A stretch of DNA of 64,000 nucleotides, taken from positions 20,190-84,189 of IMG/VR virus record IMGVR_UViG_3300030372_000386; one strand, written 5' to 3'. Within the stretch, counting starts at the first letter, position 1. Each line of letters begins with the position of its first letter. The notes under the pieces were generated by a model, which saw nothing but the letters and a program-made list of their open reading frames with translations, was not told the origin of the DNA and did not search any database. The translations under genes were made by a program, and so were the position numbers. This document shows, in pieces, positions 20,601-28,642 of the stretch. The stretch comes from a virus (taxonomy: Duplodnaviria > Caudoviricetes).

Positions 20601-20790
20601 CAGGATCCGTAGCACCATCAGCCACCGTGGTCGTGTGTGTATCAGCGTTAGTGGTTATTGCTTCTGTGCCAAAGCCTAAAGCTTCACCGATCAACTCTAG
20701 GTTAGTGTTTGTTACCGTTCCCCAAGTTCCTGACGCATCACCAGTCGCCATTTCGTTGAGTCTAAGATCATTTACGTATGTGCTTGCCAT
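17659..20790 (-). CDS. Tail fibre with about 45-50 14-aa beta-roll repeats and a C-terminal peptidase S74 intramolecular chaperone
   Basis: NTAVGxxALxxNTTG repeats; C-terminal SDVRLKENI...LRPVTFKW...HGFIAQEV. Confidence 0.88.
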   Translation of the reverse strand: MASTYVNDLRLNEMATGDASGTWGTVTNTNLELIGEALGFGTEAITTNADTHTTTVADGATDPGRAMYLKYTGTLDSACTITIAPNTISRMQFIENGTSGSQNIIISQGSGANVTIPPGNVKAVYLDGAGSGAAVTDAFASLSVGAINDISSKAFGTSSIMIGDTTTGTIDAANYNTGLGVDVFGALTTGDDNTAVGYLALNDNTTGVRNVAIANTTASNNTGVGSAALMANTTGAYNTGLGNSAMIANTTGANNVAVGYQALDANTTADENTAVGYHALTANTTGYYNTAIGKDALAANTTASSNTAVGRDALTANTTGANNVAVGKEALDANTTADNNTAVGEAALGANTTGNRGAALGKSALTTNTTGTENVGIGYQALDANTTGAANTAVGSEALGANTTANYNTAVGTAALILNTTGTRNTALGALALDAATTADGNTGLGYGALSATTTGSANIAVGEYAAVSNTTGDSNTVVGRAAFYTNTTGARNVAIGSSSMNANTTASDSVSIGYESMLSNTTGANNTAVGKATLRANTTAANITAIGYSTLYANTTGSANTAVGSNALAANTTGTNNTALGTAALTANTTGVHNTGLGFNALNDVTTGGYNTAVGNYALQTLTTSSQNVAVGYAALNLATTGANNTAVGVNALTATTTGDNNVAVGLAALAANTTGHSNIAIGQSALDACTTGIRNTAIGKDALTECTTGGTNVAIGTFALNNNTTASDNTAVGYHSLVTNTTGAANVAIGPYALDANTTASYNIGIGYTALSNSTTGAFNTAVGHAALAGNTTGTLNTALGAGALDAVTTNGYNVALGADALTNCTGGYNTVAGTYAGNNVSTGSTNTFMGYQAGHYSTSITTGSDNTCIGAYAHANSASAVSQLVFGYNAEGQGNSTVTFGYAATDLSCALNSTSWSNPSDVRLKENIEDEKIGLSFINELRPVTFKWKKEKDVPNELRAHVADSEERVMGGGSHHGFIAQEVKEAIDKYNFKDGFDMWTEDETDGRQRVGETALLPIMVKAVQELSAKVEELESKLNGE

Positions 20791-20834
20791 AATTTATATC
20801 TCCGCTTTGATTATATTACCTTTTCTTTGCATAG

Positions 20835-21665
20835 TTAAGCAACTTCTTCCCATGCTGGATTTTGCGCATCTGACACTGAACTCCAGGTTGGATCTTGTGT
20901 ATCTGTCACGCCTGTCCAAGTTGGATCTTGTGCATCATCAACTAAGCCCCAAACAAGTAATTGATTTACGCTTCCTACGGCCTCTACTCCCGTAAGAACT
21001 ACAATTCCTACTCCTGTGGCAGTTAAAGTACCGACTGTGCCTGTCCCTGCAACTCCCGTAATACTTACATTATTTACAGTAAGAATAGTTAGGCTTGAGA
21101 CTGCTCCTGTGGCAGACACGCCTGTTGGAGATACATTAGCATCACAAATTACAGTTTCGTCGCCTAAAGATATTGTAGAAGCTGTGCCTGAAACACCTGT
21201 TAAAGCAGCTCCAGCAGTAGCTACATTACCTAGTGCTGTTGTGCCAACTACGCCTGTTTCTGAAACATTTGCATCAGCTGTTGTAGTTACCGATCCTAGT
21301 AAACCTGTGCCAGCTAACCCTGTTAAAGAGGCCTCTCCTTGACCAGAGGCAGATACGCCTCCTAATGAAGTAGTAGCAGCTAAGCCTGTTACAGCTACAT
21401 CGCCACCAGCAGAAACAGCTACAGAGCCTAACGCAGTGGTTCCTGCTAAGCCTGTTTCGGTTACAGTTGCAGCACCCGTGGCTGTAAGAGAGCCAATCGA
21501 AGCTGTGCAAGTAACACCTGTTTCTGTTACGTTTGCGTCACAAGATACTGTTTCTGCACCTAACGCAGAAGTCCCTGCAACACCTGTAAGGTTTACAGTT
21601 ACATTAACTATAGCGGGCTGACCCCAGGGACCCTGCCCCCAGCCAGCTCGACCCCAACCTGCCAT
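20835..21665 (-). CDS. Thr/Gly/Ala-rich repeat virion protein (fibre/appendage-like)
   Basis: About 19-aa repeats of TGVAGTxALGSV; GWG N-terminus; DxQDPxW C-terminal repeats. Confidence 0.65.
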   Translation of the reverse strand: MAGWGRAGWGQGPWGQPAIVNVTVNLTGVAGTSALGAETVSCDANVTETGVTCTASIGSLTATGAATVTETGLAGTTALGSVAVSAGGDVAVTGLAATTSLGGVSASGQGEASLTGLAGTGLLGSVTTTADANVSETGVVGTTALGNVATAGAALTGVSGTASTISLGDETVICDANVSPTGVSATGAVSSLTILTVNNVSITGVAGTGTVGTLTATGVGIVVLTGVEAVGSVNQLLVWGLVDDAQDPTWTGVTDTQDPTWSSVSDAQNPAWEEVA

Positions 21666-21672
21666 TTAGAGG

Positions 21673-22104
21673 TTACGCTATTCTTATTACTGCGTTACTT
21701 GCGTCTGCTGCTGGGAATTGGATAGTAAAGCTTCCCGCAGTTGATGTCTTGTCTCCACCAAAATCAAACACCGCAACAGCTGGATCACCTGAAGCAGAGT
21801 CGTTGTAGATCATACAACCTCTTGCTGTGACTGTAGCTGTTCCAAATGTTAGATCATTAAAATCTGTAAACGCAGTGGTTCCAGAAGATGTTGGATTGAC
21901 ATTTGTTAACGCTGCTCCACCTGATGTGTAGTTTGTTCCACTAGCTTGATTAGTCGTAGTAAACGCTGTAGTAGCCGCACTCATGGTTGCAGAGCTTGTG
22001 TATAACGCTAGCTTAAAAGTGTTGCCACCCGAAGCTTTAAAATTGTGAACACCCTCTAAAAGTTCTTTTTTAAAAGAAGTGCACATTGCTTGTGTTATCG
22101 CCAT
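21673..22104 (-). CDS. Virion structural protein
   Basis: MAITQAMCTSFKKELLEGVHNF...FKLALYTS; beta-rich; tail module position. Confidence 0.6.
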   Translation of the reverse strand: MAITQAMCTSFKKELLEGVHNFKASGGNTFKLALYTSSATMSAATTAFTTTNQASGTNYTSGGAALTNVNPTSSGTTAFTDFNDLTFGTATVTARGCMIYNDSASGDPAVAVFDFGGDKTSTAGSFTIQFPAADASNAVIRIA

Positions 22105-22394
22105 TATAATCTCCTAATAATATTTGCTAGGTCTTGTTGACCTTGTTTTTCTAATTCATTACATATTGTACAAACATGGTTTTTGACAGCCTCATTCATA
22201 TAATAAATAATAATTTGTTTGCATGCTTCTTTAAAAACATGTGCTTGATCCCTTATGGGTGCAGGGGCAGAATCGCTTATGGAAACTAATCTGTCAGTTG
22301 CCATTTGTGCGACTTCTTCTACAGTATGCCCTCTGTGGTTAGTAGTAACAACCCCAAGGTTGCCAACTTCTGTATCAGAATTTATCGAAAACAT
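22104..22394 (-). CDS. Hypothetical protein
   Basis: Coupled ORF in the operon. Confidence 0.55.
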   Translation of the reverse strand: MFSINSDTEVGNLGVVTTNHRGHTVEEVAQMATDRLVSISDSAPAPIRDQAHVFKEACKQIIIYYMNEAVKNHVCTICNELEKQGQQDLANIIRRL

Positions 22395-23122
22395 TAATAC
22401 TCCTTTGGTTCAGGTGGTAAATCATTTCTATCAATCATTTGTGGTTCAGGTTGGTCTATCTGCTCTACCTCTGACCATTTACAAGTTTTTATTGTACCTT
22501 CTTTTTGATAAGTTACGATAGGATCTTTTAATCTATGGTATCCGTAAAGTTTTTCTTTTATATCTACATTAGTCTCTAATAGGTTTGACCTAGGGGCTAC
22601 AGAAACATTTATTCCATTTTCCATACATTTAGCTAACCAAAACTCACAACAAGCTTTTCCAGATTCTGCAAAGTGCATATTAGTTTTATAAGTAAAATCT
22701 ACGCCAAAAACCGTTAAATGACTAACTTTACTCCATAAAGCAAAAGCGATTGCATAAGCTACAGTGTTGTTAAAATAAGCACAGCTTAAATCGGCTACTA
22801 GAGGATCTAATGGATACTTTTCAGCAGCAGGCACTCTTTGGTCAAGTTCACAAGTATAAATAGGATATTTGACTGTAGGCAGATATTTGCGCATCATAGA
22901 AGTCATGCTTCCTGCATCTTCCGTATCAAGAAACCTCGACATGGGGTCTAATATAAAAGCTCTGTCGATTTCTGGTAAAACACCTATCATAGCATTTATA
23001 GCCCATATCTCATCAAAATATAAACTATGTGTTCTTGATAAATGGTAATCTAGTTGACTTTGCCCCATAGCTATTAATGCTACGTTTTTATCTTTTAATT
23101 CAGGCAGAGGTTCTTTTAACAT
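22394..23122 (-). CDS. Putative Rossmann-like transferase (GT29 sialyltransferase / DUF115-like fold)
   Basis: VALIAMGQS, EIWAINA, YFNNTVAYAIAFAL, LTVFGVDFTY resemble that fold. Confidence 0.5.
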   Translation of the reverse strand: MLKEPLPELKDKNVALIAMGQSQLDYHLSRTHSLYFDEIWAINAMIGVLPEIDRAFILDPMSRFLDTEDAGSMTSMMRKYLPTVKYPIYTCELDQRVPAAEKYPLDPLVADLSCAYFNNTVAYAIAFALWSKVSHLTVFGVDFTYKTNMHFAESGKACCEFWLAKCMENGINVSVAPRSNLLETNVDIKEKLYGYHRLKDPIVTYQKEGTIKTCKWSEVEQIDQPEPQMIDRNDLPPEPKEY

Positions 23123-23124
23123 TT

Positions 23125-24129
23125 TTACTGCGGAGGTAATCTGAGATTATCGTATCTTGCTCCGTCTCTTTCCTCTTTAGATTCACCTAATAGTTTTAAT
23201 CTTTGTAAACCCTCTTGATATTTTATGTCATATGTTTGTATATCTGAGGGAGGTAGTTTCATAAAAATAGCAGCTTCAACTAAACACCCGTATAGTAAAA
23301 CATTAGAAGCATTCGTAGAAAGCCACGTACTTCCCGTTCCGCCTGCATCTACTAATGAAGAAGGTCTGTAAAAATAATGTAATTCAAAAGTTAAATCTGT
23401 TTGCGGGGTAGGAGCTAGTATAAAAGTGTTGTCGTCGAAAATTGCATAAAATAAAGGTAGATCAGTTTCGGCTCCTTCAAGGGTATTAGCTTGTCCTCCC
23501 ATTCCTGAATGATTAGTGCAGTAGTAGTGTAAGGTAGGGGCTCCTCTAGCCACAACTATCTGTGTATATGCTCCCGCACTCCCTGGAGTTCCAACGGTTG
23601 TTACTCCTGTAGTGTACTCTGTACCACCTGCCCATGTTCCGTTACCTGTTGTAGAGAAACGTAACGGATGATTCAAGTTAGTGCTATCTGACTGGTCAAA
23701 CCTATACGTTTGTCCCTCTATCAAATTTAATGTAGGGCTATTTTCTCCGTCTATGTAGTATTTATTACCAGAGCCGTATGTATTTTCTCCGCTAGCGACA
23801 GTAACTGTAAAGTTTGTGTAAGTTTCTGCAGGAGTATAGTCTCTTATCCAAGATGTGTGTTTTAACAATAGATAGCTATAATTTTTACTAGAATCGATAA
23901 CAGCTAAACTGAAGGGGGATAGGAAATCTGTTGGTGTAGCTAAATATGTATTCCCAGAGGAAGCCGTTCCTGTTACGTTTTTTCTAAATACAGAAAGCTC
24001 TACTGATTTTAATATTTTTTCTTCAGCCTGCTGTATAAAAGTCGGGATAGTATTCGTGAAGGTAGTTTCGGTATTATCCATATAGTTTTGAATAGCCGAA
24101 GTAAGTTCATTGTAGGTAAATCCTGCCAT
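23125..24129 (-). CDS. Head-tail adaptor/neck-like protein with an internal cupredoxin-like domain
   Basis: Helical N-terminus TYNELTSAIQNY, C-terminal FILAPTP...LLYGCLVEA; insert about 23482-23820 ends YYCTNHSGMGG. Confidence 0.6.
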   Translation of the reverse strand: MAGFTYNELTSAIQNYMDNTETTFTNTIPTFIQQAEEKILKSVELSVFRKNVTGTASSGNTYLATPTDFLSPFSLAVIDSSKNYSYLLLKHTSWIRDYTPAETYTNFTVTVASGENTYGSGNKYYIDGENSPTLNLIEGQTYRFDQSDSTNLNHPLRFSTTGNGTWAGGTEYTTGVTTVGTPGSAGAYTQIVVARGAPTLHYYCTNHSGMGGQANTLEGAETDLPLFYAIFDDNTFILAPTPQTDLTFELHYFYRPSSLVDAGGTGSTWLSTNASNVLLYGCLVEAAIFMKLPPSDIQTYDIKYQEGLQRLKLLGESKEERDGARYDNLRLPPQ

Positions 24130-24130
24130 T

Positions 24131-24985
24131 TTAGGTGTTTATCTGTCCTCCCATTCCAGAATGATTAGCACAATAATAATAAAGTGTAGGCGCACCAGAG
24201 GCTACTGTAATCTGGGTGTATGCTCCAGAACTTCCAGGTGTTCCATTTGTTGTTACTCCAGTTGTGTATGCTGATCCTCCGCCGTGCGTTCCGTCTGATG
24301 TAGTAGATATTCTCAACGGATGGTTGCTGTTGCTGCTATCAGATTGATCAAACCTGTATGTTTGCCCCTCTGTTAAATTTAATGTTGCTGCTCTAGATCC
24401 ATCGATATAAAAATAATTTGATCCAGAATAACTAGCCACTGTGACTGTGTAGCTAGTAAGAGAAGAAGCTCCCGTCACGGTTAAAGAACCTACACTTCCT
24501 GTGCCAGCTAATCCTGTTGGTGTTGCTATGTCGTCTGATACAGAAGTCGTAAGCGAATCGACACTACCCGTGCTTGCAACCCCTGATAACTCTGATGTAG
24601 CGTCAGGAGACACTGGTTCATTTACGCTAATGTCTAAAGTTCCTAAAGCGGTTTGCCCTATGCTTCCAGAAAACGCACTACCAATATTTGGATCGTCTCT
24701 GAACCTCATCATATTTGTGCCTTTTGTAGCTATTACTGTGTCAGATGGATTACGGGTAGTGACTCGACCTAATTGCGCTTGGGGTAGCGGGACATCAGGT
24801 CGAGCTTGCCATAAAGCCTCGGCATCGTTCGGAGGATGTACTGGGTCTAATTGTGGGTGTTTTGGTTCGTAGCACTCAGGACACACTCTCGTGTGATCCC
24901 ATTCTGTACGCATATCTAAGTATCTATAACGGAACCCACATCTATCACATATCGAATATGCATATTTGCCTGCTGCGTATGCCAT
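24131..24985 (-). CDS. Zn-finger (CDRC...CPEC) virion-module protein with Thr/Gly repeats and a C-terminal cupredoxin-like domain
   Basis: N-terminal CxxC pairs; C-terminal NHPLR...YYCANHSGMGG. Confidence 0.65.
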   Translation of the reverse strand: MAYAAGKYAYSICDRCGFRYRYLDMRTEWDHTRVCPECYEPKHPQLDPVHPPNDAEALWQARPDVPLPQAQLGRVTTRNPSDTVIATKGTNMMRFRDDPNIGSAFSGSIGQTALGTLDISVNEPVSPDATSELSGVASTGSVDSLTTSVSDDIATPTGLAGTGSVGSLTVTGASSLTSYTVTVASYSGSNYFYIDGSRAATLNLTEGQTYRFDQSDSSNSNHPLRISTTSDGTHGGGSAYTTGVTTNGTPGSSGAYTQITVASGAPTLYYYCANHSGMGGQINT

Positions 24986-25659
24986 TAAATTCTTCCACTC
25001 CTCGAAGGTACTAAATGAACTGAAGATCTATCCTCATCGTATTTAATAGCGTTTTCTAAATTTTGTTCGTATAAGGGCTGTATAACTGATAGTTTTTGTG
25101 TATTCTTTTTTAAACATAGATAGTAAGCTAAACCTGATACTAAACAAGGCATAAACCTACTAGGAATATCTAAATCATTTATTGAAGCCGTAGCATCTTG
25201 GATTCTTTGCCAAGAATAGTAAATGAGTTTATCGGTAGAATTCTCTGGTGTGGGATAAAGGTGTATAACAGGAGTTATTAGTCTTTCAAACCAAAACTGT
25301 GTTGGTCGTCCTGTTGTAGTTTTGACTGGTATATTTATATATTCATTACGATCTATTCTACTTAAAGAAAAATCTGTAGTAGTTCCGTTAACAGAACGTT
25401 CAATATATGCGTCTAATATATCTATATCAAACTGATTAAGAGTGTATGTTTCATCACCTTGTGTGAGAGTTTGCTCAACTTTGGTGACTTCCCACATCTG
25501 TATACCTCTATTAGACCAATCAGCGAATAGAAGATTTAGAGAGCGTCTTGCAGTAACAGCATCATATGACGTGCGGGCTTCTAAACCCGCAAGTTCATAT
25601 GCGTCCTCTATTGCGGTCGCTACATCTAAATTAAATGTACGAGTGCCTGATGTTGCCAT
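24985..25659 (-). CDS. Putative head-tail adaptor / tail tubular A-like protein
   Basis: ARRSLNLLFADWSNRG, LYPTPE, LVSGLAYYL; neck position. Confidence 0.6.
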   Translation of the reverse strand: MATSGTRTFNLDVATAIEDAYELAGLEARTSYDAVTARRSLNLLFADWSNRGIQMWEVTKVEQTLTQGDETYTLNQFDIDILDAYIERSVNGTTTDFSLSRIDRNEYINIPVKTTTGRPTQFWFERLITPVIHLYPTPENSTDKLIYYSWQRIQDATASINDLDIPSRFMPCLVSGLAYYLCLKKNTQKLSVIQPLYEQNLENAIKYDEDRSSVHLVPSRSGRI

Positions 25660-25660
25660 A

Positions 25661-25987
25661 TTAGTTGTAATACGCTATAAAAAAGTCGCAATTAGCTAAT
25701 ACAACATGCGCTCCTGTACCAAATTTAACTCCATCGTTAGGCAAGTAATGATCAAAATACTCATTAGCTGCTGAACCAAATTTAAACTCAATCAAAAGTT
25801 TTGTACCGCTAGCACTTGTTCCATCGTAGATTTTTATTGAGGCGTCTGCGTCACTTGACTGAGCTTGAACAGATTGTATTCTTATTGGTCCTAAATTAGT
25901 TGCAGTTCCTGCCCCTGTCCCAATAAAACCTTGTAACTGTCCAGTAGCTGTTAGTGCCTTAGAGCCTTTTACATCTGATGATGCCAT
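25661..25987 (-). CDS. Virion structural protein
   Basis: Beta-rich; operon position. Confidence 0.55.
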   Translation of the reverse strand: MASSDVKGSKALTATGQLQGFIGTGAGTATNLGPIRIQSVQAQSSDADASIKIYDGTSASGTKLLIEFKFGSAANEYFDHYLPNDGVKFGTGAHVVLANCDFFIAYYN

Positions 25988-26007
25988 TCTATTCTCCTAA
26001 ATTAATA

Positions 26008-26514
26008 TTAAGCGTCAGCGAATGGTGTTACTAAAGTTCCTGAACCTAGTGTAATACCTTCAACTGCATACTTAGCAGAAGCCATAGCAGTAACTCTAAT
26101 AATACTACCAGCTAATCCGCCTTTAGTAGAACCGTTTAAGGTTATAACGTCATTGCTTGCGCCTGATATAAATGTTTTACCTGTAGCGTTATTTACACCT
26201 GTGTAAAGTCCACCTACAAACTTATCAGTTCCATCGGTTAAAATATCCATATCAGTTGCAGCAGTTTCCACTACGAAGAAGAAACTAGCTCCTAAATTAT
26301 TTAATTGATTAGGATCGTCATCTCTTCCTGGTGCTGTAGCAACAATACTTGGTAAAGTAAATTTACCGTCTGCGTCGTTACAAGTAAGAACTTTACCTGC
26401 GTGAGACGCTACTGTAAGTGTAGTATCTGCTGTTAAGCTTACTACCGTTGCGTTACCTGCTGAAATAAAACCAGCTAATGATTTTACTGGTCCTGAAAAA
26501 GTTGATTTTGCCAT
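26008..26514 (-). CDS. Putative capsid decoration / minor structural protein
   Basis: First gene after the capsid terminator; strong RBS AAGGAG. Confidence 0.55.
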   Translation of the reverse strand: MAKSTFSGPVKSLAGFISAGNATVVSLTADTTLTVASHAGKVLTCNDADGKFTLPSIVATAPGRDDDPNQLNNLGASFFFVVETAATDMDILTDGTDKFVGGLYTGVNNATGKTFISGASNDVITLNGSTKGGLAGSIIRVTAMASAKYAVEGITLGSGTLVTPFADA

Positions 26515-26617
26515 AATTAAGTCTCCTTAATACTCTATCGTCTTGGCGAGTCTGCTAGGTCAGTCGATAGATTGTTTGTTTCTCCCTAGATCTTTTGTCA
26601 TTCTATATTATAAATTT

Positions 26618-26650
26618 TAAAAAAGAAAGGGAAGCCGAAGCCTCCCTTTC
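26618..26650 (-). terminator. Intrinsic terminator after the major capsid gene
   Basis: - strand GAAAGGGAGGC-TTCG-GCTTCCCTTTC followed by a T tract; C(UUCG)G tetraloop. Confidence 0.88.
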
Positions 26651-26668
26651 TAATAACAAAGAAGTTAT

Positions 26669-27577
26669 TTACGCTCCTGGTGAACCAAAGATTCCTCTCC
26701 AGTCACTAAATCCAAAGCTATAACGCTCTCTAGCCTTATATCTTACATTACCAGTTTCGAAGTCACCTTCCATGCTGGTTGATACAGGTGTTCTAACGAA
26801 ATGCTTTAAGCCATTAGGTACGTCTGTTTTGATGAAGAACGCATCAGTATCTGTTAGATAATGATTGACTGCGTAGCCTCCAGAAACCATACCCATGTTT
26901 CTTATTGCATTTATGTCGTTATCAGAGGTGTTAACTCTTCCTGGACTTTCCATGAGTCTATCAGCTGTAAATTGTAGCGCAGGTGGAATAATCAACTTAG
27001 TCGCCTGTGCGTTAATTTTTAGACCTCTTTCATCTTGAAAAGCAGCGATATCTATCAATGCTTGTTCTAAAGATGTTTCATTAAGGTCAGCGGCTGTAGC
27101 CAACTCATTTCTTTGATCAATGTTTGCAACAGTTGGGTGATCAGTTGCACAAAGTTCTTTACCGTCACCTCCAGGAAAACTGGAGTTGAAAGCATTATTA
27201 AGAACATTGGCTGCTTTTACCTGTTTTGTTGTAGACATTGAACGAGCTAAAGCTCTTGTATACCTTGAGGAAAGAGTATCATAAAGATTATCTTCTATAG
27301 CTTCTTCAGTTAAAGCAAAAGCTAATGCAACAGTTTCGTGTGAATACCTTGCTGTAAAAGCCTCTTGCGCTGTGTCGTAAACAACTGCAGCACCTTCACC
27401 TTTAACAGAAGCTTCACCGAAGCCTGTTAACATAACTTCTTCTTCAAAAGCTCTCTCTGAAGTTTCAGTATCGAAGATTTCTTCATGTTCGTTTTCATAA
27501 CGATCATACTCTAAACCAAAAAGTGCGTGTAGTCCAGGAGTCAACTCTTTGACTAATTGTGCTCTATTAATTGCCAT
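26669..27577 (-). CDS. Major capsid protein
   Basis: 302 aa following scaffold and portal; AFALTEEAIEDNLY, RYKARERYSFGFSDWRGIFGS; followed by a strong terminator. Confidence 0.88.
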   Translation of the reverse strand: MAINRAQLVKELTPGLHALFGLEYDRYENEHEEIFDTETSERAFEEEVMLTGFGEASVKGEGAAVVYDTAQEAFTARYSHETVALAFALTEEAIEDNLYDTLSSRYTRALARSMSTTKQVKAANVLNNAFNSSFPGGDGKELCATDHPTVANIDQRNELATAADLNETSLEQALIDIAAFQDERGLKINAQATKLIIPPALQFTADRLMESPGRVNTSDNDINAIRNMGMVSGGYAVNHYLTDTDAFFIKTDVPNGLKHFVRTPVSTSMEGDFETGNVRYKARERYSFGFSDWRGIFGSPGA

Positions 27578-27593
27578 TATTTATTCTCCTAAA

Positions 27594-28133
27594 TTAGACC
27601 GCAAATGTATTGGTCGGGAATGTGAAGTAAGCTCTAGCATTAGCACCTATCGAATTACTCGGAGCTAAATTAAAACCTACGCATAACGCTACACCAGAAG
27701 AAGTAGTTGCAGTAACACCTTCTTTTGATCTACCATTGACAGTGCTGCCAGCAGTAGTTGAAAGAGTGTACTTACTTCCGATAAAACTTACTGCAGGAGT
27801 TCCCGCTGTAAATTGAGCTTCGTAAACGATTCCAGGATCGCTATAAACCAAAGCCTCGGCATCCGCACTTCCTTGAGTAGCAGTTGAGCCAGTCCATACT
27901 TTAGAAAAAGTAGGCTCGCCATCGGTCGCTGTGAAAAACACACCATAAAAAACACCTACAGGAGTGTCAGTAGCCCCCGCTTGTTGTACATAACCACTGG
28001 ATAATGTAACTACGTCTCCACTAAAAATTGAAGTACCGTAGCCACTAGCGATTCTCATACGAGCAGGTCTAATAACTCCTCCATATAAATGGTAAGCTGG
28101 CGTGAAACCATTTGGGGCATCTGTATTTGCCAT
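27594..28133 (-). CDS. Capsid-associated (cement/decoration) protein
   Basis: MANTDAPNGFTP...IFSGDVV; directly upstream of the MCP. Confidence 0.6.
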   Translation of the reverse strand: MANTDAPNGFTPAYHLYGGVIRPARMRIASGYGTSIFSGDVVTLSSGYVQQAGATDTPVGVFYGVFFTATDGEPTFSKVWTGSTATQGSADAEALVYSDPGIVYEAQFTAGTPAVSFIGSKYTLSTTAGSTVNGRSKEGVTATTSSGVALCVGFNLAPSNSIGANARAYFTFPTNTFAV

Positions 28134-28160
28134 ATTATATACCTCTATATAAAATTATTA

Positions 28161-28640
28161 TTAATCAGACGACTTATCAGGTCGACTTCCAAATTGAACC
28201 TTAGATGATCTTTGGATATCGCTATCTTTTAAGGGCATCTTCGGATCGCTTTCTCGCAAATAGTTATGATCTACGCCATTGAGTTGATCACTTGTCTGTT
28301 GTCTAAAGTAATCGTTTCTTTCCTCTTTGGTTTCGTTCGGAACTTTTGCTAATATCAAACCACCAACCCCTATTACACCGCTTCTGTTTCCGCCCTCTAT
28401 AGTTGGAGCTTCGAAGTCAGGATAATCTTCTGCTCTCACAGGTTCATATCCCTCTCTAATACGTTTTGACATATTAGATTTATCATCTTGTCCCCTTACA
28501 GATTCACGGATCCATCGATGACTATAGCCATCAGGTGCTTTAGGTGCGTCTAACATAGACGGTGGTTGCCATGGTTTTCTGCGAGTTTGAGTTTCTCGAG
28601 TCTCTGCAGACCTGGAGTTTCTATTATTGTTATCTGTCAT
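28161..28640 (-). CDS. Head-module hypothetical protein
   Basis: LDAPKAPDGYSHRWIRES...GGLILAK; between scaffold and capsid genes. Confidence 0.6.
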   Translation of the reverse strand: MTDNNNRNSRSAETRETQTRRKPWQPPSMLDAPKAPDGYSHRWIRESVRGQDDKSNMSKRIREGYEPVRAEDYPDFEAPTIEGGNRSGVIGVGGLILAKVPNETKEERNDYFRQQTSDQLNGVDHNYLRESDPKMPLKDSDIQRSSKVQFGSRPDKSSD

Positions 28641-28642
28641 TT

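Noticed and set aside
17659-20790. Tail fibre as a diversity-generating retroelement target
   Set aside because: No reverse transcriptase and no template/variable repeat pair differing at adenines in the window.
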